From the NCBI GenBank assembly GCA_903873975.1, contig CAIQQN010000294.1, positions 1 to 61,049 on the forward strand: DNA of 61,049 bases, given 5' to 3'. A model generated the notes under the pieces. The model was not told where the DNA came from and ran no database searches. It was given only the letters and a program-made list of their open reading frames with translations. The stretch is from an uncultured Anaerolineales bacterium. Lineage in GTDB: Bacteria > Chloroflexota > Anaerolineae > Anaerolineales > Villigracilaceae. Below are positions 56,351 to 61,049 of the stretch, in pieces. Each line of letters opens with the position of its first letter. Position 1 is the first letter of the stretch. Made by a program: the position numbers and the translations under genes.

Positions 56351-57531
56351 TTAAACTCCTACAGCATGGTCAAACCAGGCCAGAACTCCCAGGCCAGCAG
56401 CCCGGCCGCTTGCAAAGCAAGCTGTGAGCAGATACCCGCCGGTCGGCGCTTCCCAATCCAGCATTTCCCCCGCACAGAAGACACCCGGCATGGAGCGAAT
56501 CATCAGGCGCTCGTCGAGCTCTTCAAAGAGAACACCGCCCGCACTGCTGATGGCTTCATCCAAAGGCCGGACTGCAATTAGGGGAATGGTCAATTCTTTG
56601 ATGCCGGAAGCCAGGCATTCTGGATCAGTAAAATTCTGTTTTGGTGAAATTTCCCGCAGCAAACCAGCTTTTACACCTTTGATATTGACTTCTTTTTCAA
56701 GATGGCCGGAAAGTGTCCGCGAACCCCGAGGCCTGGTTTCAATCTCATCCCGCAATTGTGCCGAGACGGCATATATCAAACTGCCTTCAACGCCGGTCGC
56801 GGTAACAATAAATTTACCCTGCCTGTTAAATAAATACCCTTTGGAATCGGTGAAGGCAACAGTGACTGATTTTATGGGAGATCCTTCAAAACGATTTCGG
56901 AAATGTTCACTCCAGGCAACATTAAAGCCGCAGTTGGATGGTTTTAGCGCTGCAACTGCTACTCCACGCTCAGCAAGATGCGCAACCCACTCGATTGTGG
57001 AACTAAGCCGCGCACAACTCCCACCGCCCAGTGCTAGTACCACAGCACTGGGACTCACGCTTGTTTCGCCATGCGGTATTTCGAAATCCAGAGAACCGTT
57101 ATCGCTCCAACCGCGCCACTTATGGTACATATGGAAAGTTACTCCAGCTTTATGCAAACGGTCAAGCCAGAGAAGCAAAATTGGAGCTGTTTTCATACCA
57201 ACTGGAAACACGCGCCCGGATGAACCTACGAAGGTATCGATCCCAAATTCATGTACCCACCTACGCAAATCCTCAGGACCGAATGCATCCAGAAGCGGTT
57301 CAAGTTAGGCTCGGCGTGTTCCAAAATGAGAGAGGAATTGTCATGCGATGCTGTGTGCGTCAGGTTTAAACCCCCTTTGCCTGCCATTAAGAACTTGCAT
57401 CCCACCGAAGGTATGCTGTCATAAAGATCAACCTGAACATCACCCCGGGTTTAAACTTCGGCAACAATTAGTTCGGCTGGACCACCACCGACGACTGCGA
57501 CCGAGCAGGATTGGATGGTGTCTGACCTCAA
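56351..57531 (-). pseudogene. Decayed BaiN/HI0933-like (TIGR03862-type) flavoprotein gene
   Basis: The N-terminus reads [49 protein letters not shown]. After a frame change it reads QFLSHFGTRRA*LEPLLDAFGPEDLRRWVHEFGIDTFVGSSGRVFP... In-frame stops: TAA 57453-57451, TGA 57343-57341 and TAA 57307-57305. The frame change is at the cacaca run (57358-57353). The 305-codon 3' part is still open. Confidence 0.75.
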
Positions 57532-57536
57532 TGCTG

Positions 57537-58373
57537 TTACAGGAATGTCTCCATCAATCCACCCACCTCTTCCATGTTGAAGACCGGTCCATCCACGCAG
57601 ATTAGTTTCTCGCCCATGTTGCAGCGCCCGCACTTGCCCATCCCGCAATGCATGCGCGCCTCAAGGGTAACGTAATTGTTTTTTGGAGCAAAGCCCATCT
57701 TCTCCTGGAGCATCTTCGTTACGAAATGGATCATAATCGGTGGGCCGCAGGTAATTGTAACGGTATTCTCCGGCGAGGGAGAGACCTTTTCGAGTAGTTG
57801 GGTGATCAGTCCCACATTGTGGTCCCACTTTTCATCCGGGCTGTCCACCGTCAGGTGCAGAGCCGTATCCGGCGCAGCACGCCACTCATCATATTCGTCG
57901 GTGAAGACAAGCAAGGATGGATGACGTGCAGCCCATAAGATGGTCAGGGTTCCATAATCAGATCGGTTGTCCAGCACGTGCTGGATGACCGGGCGCAGGG
58001 GTGCGCCACCTATGCCACCTCCAAGGACAATCAGGTTTTTTCCCTGAAACTTCTTCATCGGGAACCAGTTTCCCAGAGGACCGCGCACGCCGATGACATC
58101 ACCTTCGCCGAGTTCATGCAGTCCGGTCGTCACAGACCCGAGGCGGGCTACCGCGAAATCAACCGCCGGGCCGCGACCCGCGGCGTTGGCAATACCGAAG
58201 GGCGCTTCGCCCAGGCCGAACGCCGAGACGAAGGCGAACTGCCCAGGCTGGAAGGTACGGAATGCTTCGCCCCCACCATTCAACATTTCGACCCGGAAGA
58301 GTTTAATGTCGGCTGCCAGGTCACGTACTTCGACCAATTTTCCCAGGTAAGGAAGCATGGGGTTCTCGTTCAT
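57537..58373 (-). CDS. FAD/NAD(P)-binding oxidoreductase with C-terminal [2Fe-2S] (FlxA / AsrB / sulfhydrogenase-gamma-like)
   Basis: Ferredoxin-reductase fold (RTFQPGQFAFVS, GPLGNWF, LIVLGGGIGGAPL) and the cluster motif CGMGKCGRCN. The ATG overlaps the upstream stop (ATGA). Confidence 0.85.
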   Translation of the reverse strand: MNENPMLPYLGKLVEVRDLAADIKLFRVEMLNGGGEAFRTFQPGQFAFVSAFGLGEAPFGIANAAGRGPAVDFAVARLGSVTTGLHELGEGDVIGVRGPLGNWFPMKKFQGKNLIVLGGGIGGAPLRPVIQHVLDNRSDYGTLTILWAARHPSLLVFTDEYDEWRAAPDTALHLTVDSPDEKWDHNVGLITQLLEKVSPSPENTVTITCGPPIMIHFVTKMLQEKMGFAPKNNYVTLEARMHCGMGKCGRCNMGEKLICVDGPVFNMEEVGGLMETFL

Positions 58374-59413
58374 GCTGATTTCTCCAGGTCCATCAACACT
58401 TCGGTGATATCTACTCCGACAGGGCAGACTTCGATGCAGCGTCCGCAACCGGTGCAGGCTGAGACAGTACCCAGTCCGTATTGTTCGGGGTAGTAATAGT
58501 ACTTGCAGAAGAAACGATTGCGCAGACGTTCACCTTTTTCGGCCCGTGGTTTGTGCCCGCCAGCCACGCGGCGGTAGTTCTCCCCGGCACAACTATCCCA
58601 ACAGCGGATGCGCTCGAACTCGCCAGGAGCAAGCACCTCATCACGGACGGCGAAACAACGGCAGGTCGGGCAAACGTAGGCGCAGGCACGGCAGGAAAGG
58701 CAGCGTTCCGACATCCGCATCCAGTACTCGTCGTTGAAATGCTCCGGCCATTTTCCTTTTTTCGGAACTGGGAACTGGCCACTATCCATTGCCTGTTTAG
58801 GGCTGGCGGTGGTTTCCTTCCACTCGCCACTGGGGATAAGGAAGCGGCCTTTCTCGGTCACCGCCTCGGCCAGGTAACCTCCATCCGTTTCATAGAGCAT
58901 GATGTCCACATCGTGGGAGTCGTCGGGTGCGCCGCCGACCGATGTACAGAAACAGGTGGGACCAAGTTCCTTGCAAGCCAGACCGATGAGAGTGGTATTC
59001 TCACGGCGGCGGGCGTAGAAAGCATCAACCGGATTGGTGTCGAGGAAGAGGGCGTCGAGCAATTTAACCCCGCGCGCGTCGCACGGACGGACGTCGAAAA
59101 CAACAGTTTCCCAATCTGGGAATGCTTCTTTCAGGTGGATTTCTTGTCCGGTTTTTTGTATGGTGAACAGGCGTTCGGTCTGCGGGAAGAAGATTTCCTT
59201 GACCGACAATAACGGCCGGAAGGCATTTGAGGATCCTGGTGCCTGTCCATGCCAGGCAATTTCCTTGCTTTTCGCCACTTGGCGGTAGAGCATTATTCCG
59301 GATACGTGGCGTGGGGCGATGAGCGTCCGCGCGTTGGCAATGCCGTCCAGCCATGTCTCCAGTTCTATTTGCGAGATGAGCCAGCGTTTTTTATCACCTT
59401 TGGGTTTGCTCAT
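58370..59413 (-). CDS. 4Fe-4S subunit (FlxB / AsrA / sulfhydrogenase-beta-like)
   Basis: CLSCRACAYVCPTCRCF and CTGCGRCIEVCPVG. AAGGAGGG lies upstream of ATG 59413. Confidence 0.8.
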   Translation of the reverse strand: MSKPKGDKKRWLISQIELETWLDGIANARTLIAPRHVSGIMLYRQVAKSKEIAWHGQAPGSSNAFRPLLSVKEIFFPQTERLFTIQKTGQEIHLKEAFPDWETVVFDVRPCDARGVKLLDALFLDTNPVDAFYARRRENTTLIGLACKELGPTCFCTSVGGAPDDSHDVDIMLYETDGGYLAEAVTEKGRFLIPSGEWKETTASPKQAMDSGQFPVPKKGKWPEHFNDEYWMRMSERCLSCRACAYVCPTCRCFAVRDEVLAPGEFERIRCWDSCAGENYRRVAGGHKPRAEKGERLRNRFFCKYYYYPEQYGLGTVSACTGCGRCIEVCPVGVDITEVLMDLEKSA

Positions 59414-59414
59414 C

Positions 59415-60749
59415 TCAGCCCTCCTTGTATTCGCCCGACAGGACGGTAACAATCGGGGACGGGGTAACAGTAAGGCCAGCTCGGAAATTAAAGACTGTTT
59501 CAATTTCCTCAGCCAGTTTCTGGTTCAACAGGCCGATGGGAATTTCCATCGGACAGGCGCGTTCACATTCGTTACAACCCACACAGCGGCCAGCCAGGTG
59601 GTAGGCGCGTCCCAGGTGGAAGGTGCGCTTCTCGTTCAGTCTGATGCCCATGCCGACAAAAGTCGAGTCATCGCGCTCATACAGGCATACTGGACAGTTG
59701 CACATCGGGCAGGCCTGGCGACAGGCGTAACAGCGGATGCAGCGGTCAAATTGGGAAAGCCAGAATTCCATCCTCTCTCGGGGCGGGAGTGTTTCCAGCC
59801 AATCGGACCCGGCAACTGCCCCGGCGTGACCCTTGGCCGGCGGCTCGCCGACGAGTGTGTCGTAGACAACCGGGACGCGCTCGGAACAGGTTTGGCAGCG
59901 GGATTGCAGGCTGCTGCCTCCGTCGCGCACACCTTCGCACGTCACGCCGATGACGTGGACCTGGTCGCGGGTAAACTGGTTTTCCGCCAGCAGGACGTTG
60001 ACCGCCCGGCTGTCGCACGGCTTGACGACCACCGCCACTTTTCTGGGAGGCTCCTTGCCTTTAGGCTTTAACTTGACCGGCAGGTAAGAGGCCAGGTTAT
60101 TGCTTACGTCCGGGTTCCAGACGAGGCGCTCGGTTTCCTCCGCGGAGTAAACAAATATCGGACGCGTCCGTCCGCGCGGCCCGACTTCGTACCCGATCAC
60201 GCACCCGACCTCACCGCTGGTGAGTAGTTCCTTCGCTTTGGCGCGGATGGTGTCCGTTTTGCCGGCGCAGTCCAGCGCGGGCATGGGGACTTCCTCTTTG
60301 AGCGGTAGCAGGGATTCCGCCACAGTCTGCCACTGGCCCGGGGTGACGCGCCAGGCTACCGGCCCGAGCGCCCGCACCGTTTCGGTAAATTCGGTGGCGA
60401 TTCGGGAGAAACGTTCGCCTTCCGAGGCTGACACCCAGTCCAGGTGTAAGCGTTCAGGCTCCAACCCGGCGAAGGTCATCAAGCTCCGCAGTATTGGTAT
60501 ACGTTTGGCAGCGCGGTGGTTGCCGGTGTCGTAGTGGCATTCACCGATGTGACAGCCGAGAACCAGCACGCCGTCGGCACCCTGGTCGAAGGTGCGCATG
60601 ACCAGTTCAGGCGAGACACGCCCCGAGCAGGGTACGCGCACCGCACGGATGTTGGCCGGGGATTTTATGCGCGCAATCCCGGCGGTATCCGCACCGGTGT
60701 ACGAACACCATGTGCAAAGGAAGGCGATAATTCTTGGCTCGTAGTTCAT
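59415..60749 (-). CDS. MvhD-domain protein fused to a 2x[4Fe-4S] module (FlxD/FlxC-like)
   Basis: MvhD/FlpD signature IIAFLCTWCSYTGADTAG..VPCSGRV..GADGVLVLGCHIGECHY. The C-terminal motifs are CIRCYACRQACPMCNC and CVGCNECERACP. GGAGG precedes the ATG, which overlaps the upstream stop (ATGA). Confidence 0.8.
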   Translation of the reverse strand: MNYEPRIIAFLCTWCSYTGADTAGIARIKSPANIRAVRVPCSGRVSPELVMRTFDQGADGVLVLGCHIGECHYDTGNHRAAKRIPILRSLMTFAGLEPERLHLDWVSASEGERFSRIATEFTETVRALGPVAWRVTPGQWQTVAESLLPLKEEVPMPALDCAGKTDTIRAKAKELLTSGEVGCVIGYEVGPRGRTRPIFVYSAEETERLVWNPDVSNNLASYLPVKLKPKGKEPPRKVAVVVKPCDSRAVNVLLAENQFTRDQVHVIGVTCEGVRDGGSSLQSRCQTCSERVPVVYDTLVGEPPAKGHAGAVAGSDWLETLPPRERMEFWLSQFDRCIRCYACRQACPMCNCPVCLYERDDSTFVGMGIRLNEKRTFHLGRAYHLAGRCVGCNECERACPMEIPIGLLNQKLAEEIETVFNFRAGLTVTPSPIVTVLSGEYKEG

Positions 60750-61049
60750 ACTACCTCCGCAGGTTCCACCGCTAAAACTCCGATGATTTCCGCGACCAAC
60801 TCGCGGTCGTCGTAATGGATGAGGGACATGGCCTTGTTGGGGCAGGCTGCCGCACACGTGCCGCAGCCCTTACACAGGTAGCCGTTGATCCTGGCAACGT
60901 TCTTCTCCAACTCGATGGCTTTGTATGGACAGGCGGCCACACACTGTCCGCACCCGGCACACAACTGGAGGTTCACCTCGGCAATGGACGGGTCGAGGGC
61001 AATCGTGCCCTGGTCCATCAGAGACAGCGCCGCAGCAGCAGCCGCTCCC
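60746..61049 (-). CDS. hdrA: HdrA-like heterodisulfide-reductase subunit, C-terminal ferredoxin domain (5' part outside the window)
   Basis: The frame is open to the window edge (..GAAAAAALSLMDQG..), with two CxxCxxCxxxCP motifs (CAGCGQCVAACP, CKGCGTCAAACP). Confidence 0.7.
   Translation of the reverse strand, partial: GAAAAAALSLMDQGTIALDPSIAEVNLQLCAGCGQCVAACPYKAIELEKNVARINGYLCKGCGTCAAACPNKAMSLIHYDDRELVAEIIGVLAVEPAEVV

Noticed and set aside
57341-57343. Selenocysteine recoding at the in-frame TGA of the flavoprotein gene.
   Set aside because: The same gene also has two in-frame TAA codons and a frameshift. This family has no known Sec position, and I saw no SECIS-like hairpin directly downstream.

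Overview
The window is 61 kb of gene-dense chromosome, with about 58 protein genes. The coding style suggests an anaerobic Chloroflexota/Anaerolineae-type organism: many lipobox or signal peptides followed by Pro/Thr linkers. That is my inference and I cannot verify it here. I found no rRNA, tRNA, CRISPR array, transposase or integrase. Recognisable content, in order: hypF (3' part), an HD-GYP response regulator, smpB, an envelope block (Tat L,D-transpeptidase, ccdA, a Grx::DUF2085 fusion, pgeF-yggS-yggT-yggU, TPR-SLT), and a SAM-cycle block (mtnA, a PfkB kinase, ahcY). Then come an ABC-F ATPase divergent from typA, a detox operon (nitroreductase, pirin, NUDIX, YbaK), a MetV::MetF fusion with a formate/nitrite channel, and a YhfC/ABC-2 cluster. 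Further on are panB with an unknown 421-aa gene, two mirrored heterodimeric ABC exporter pairs, and a Flx/Hdr-like electron-transfer operon that runs off the 3' edge. The most unusual locus is 47885-52146: a triple-FHA ABCG-type transporter with a large extracytoplasmic insert, translationally coupled to a DUF1080-like lipoprotein. Also notable are three leader regions carrying terminator hairpins with no upstream gene to terminate. One of these (sORF + terminator + SD hairpin before an ABC exporter pair) resembles the Bacillus BmrB/BmrCD attenuator. Four genes are disrupted by in-frame stops or frameshifts. All calls rest on by-eye motif recognition and hand translation; no database search was run.
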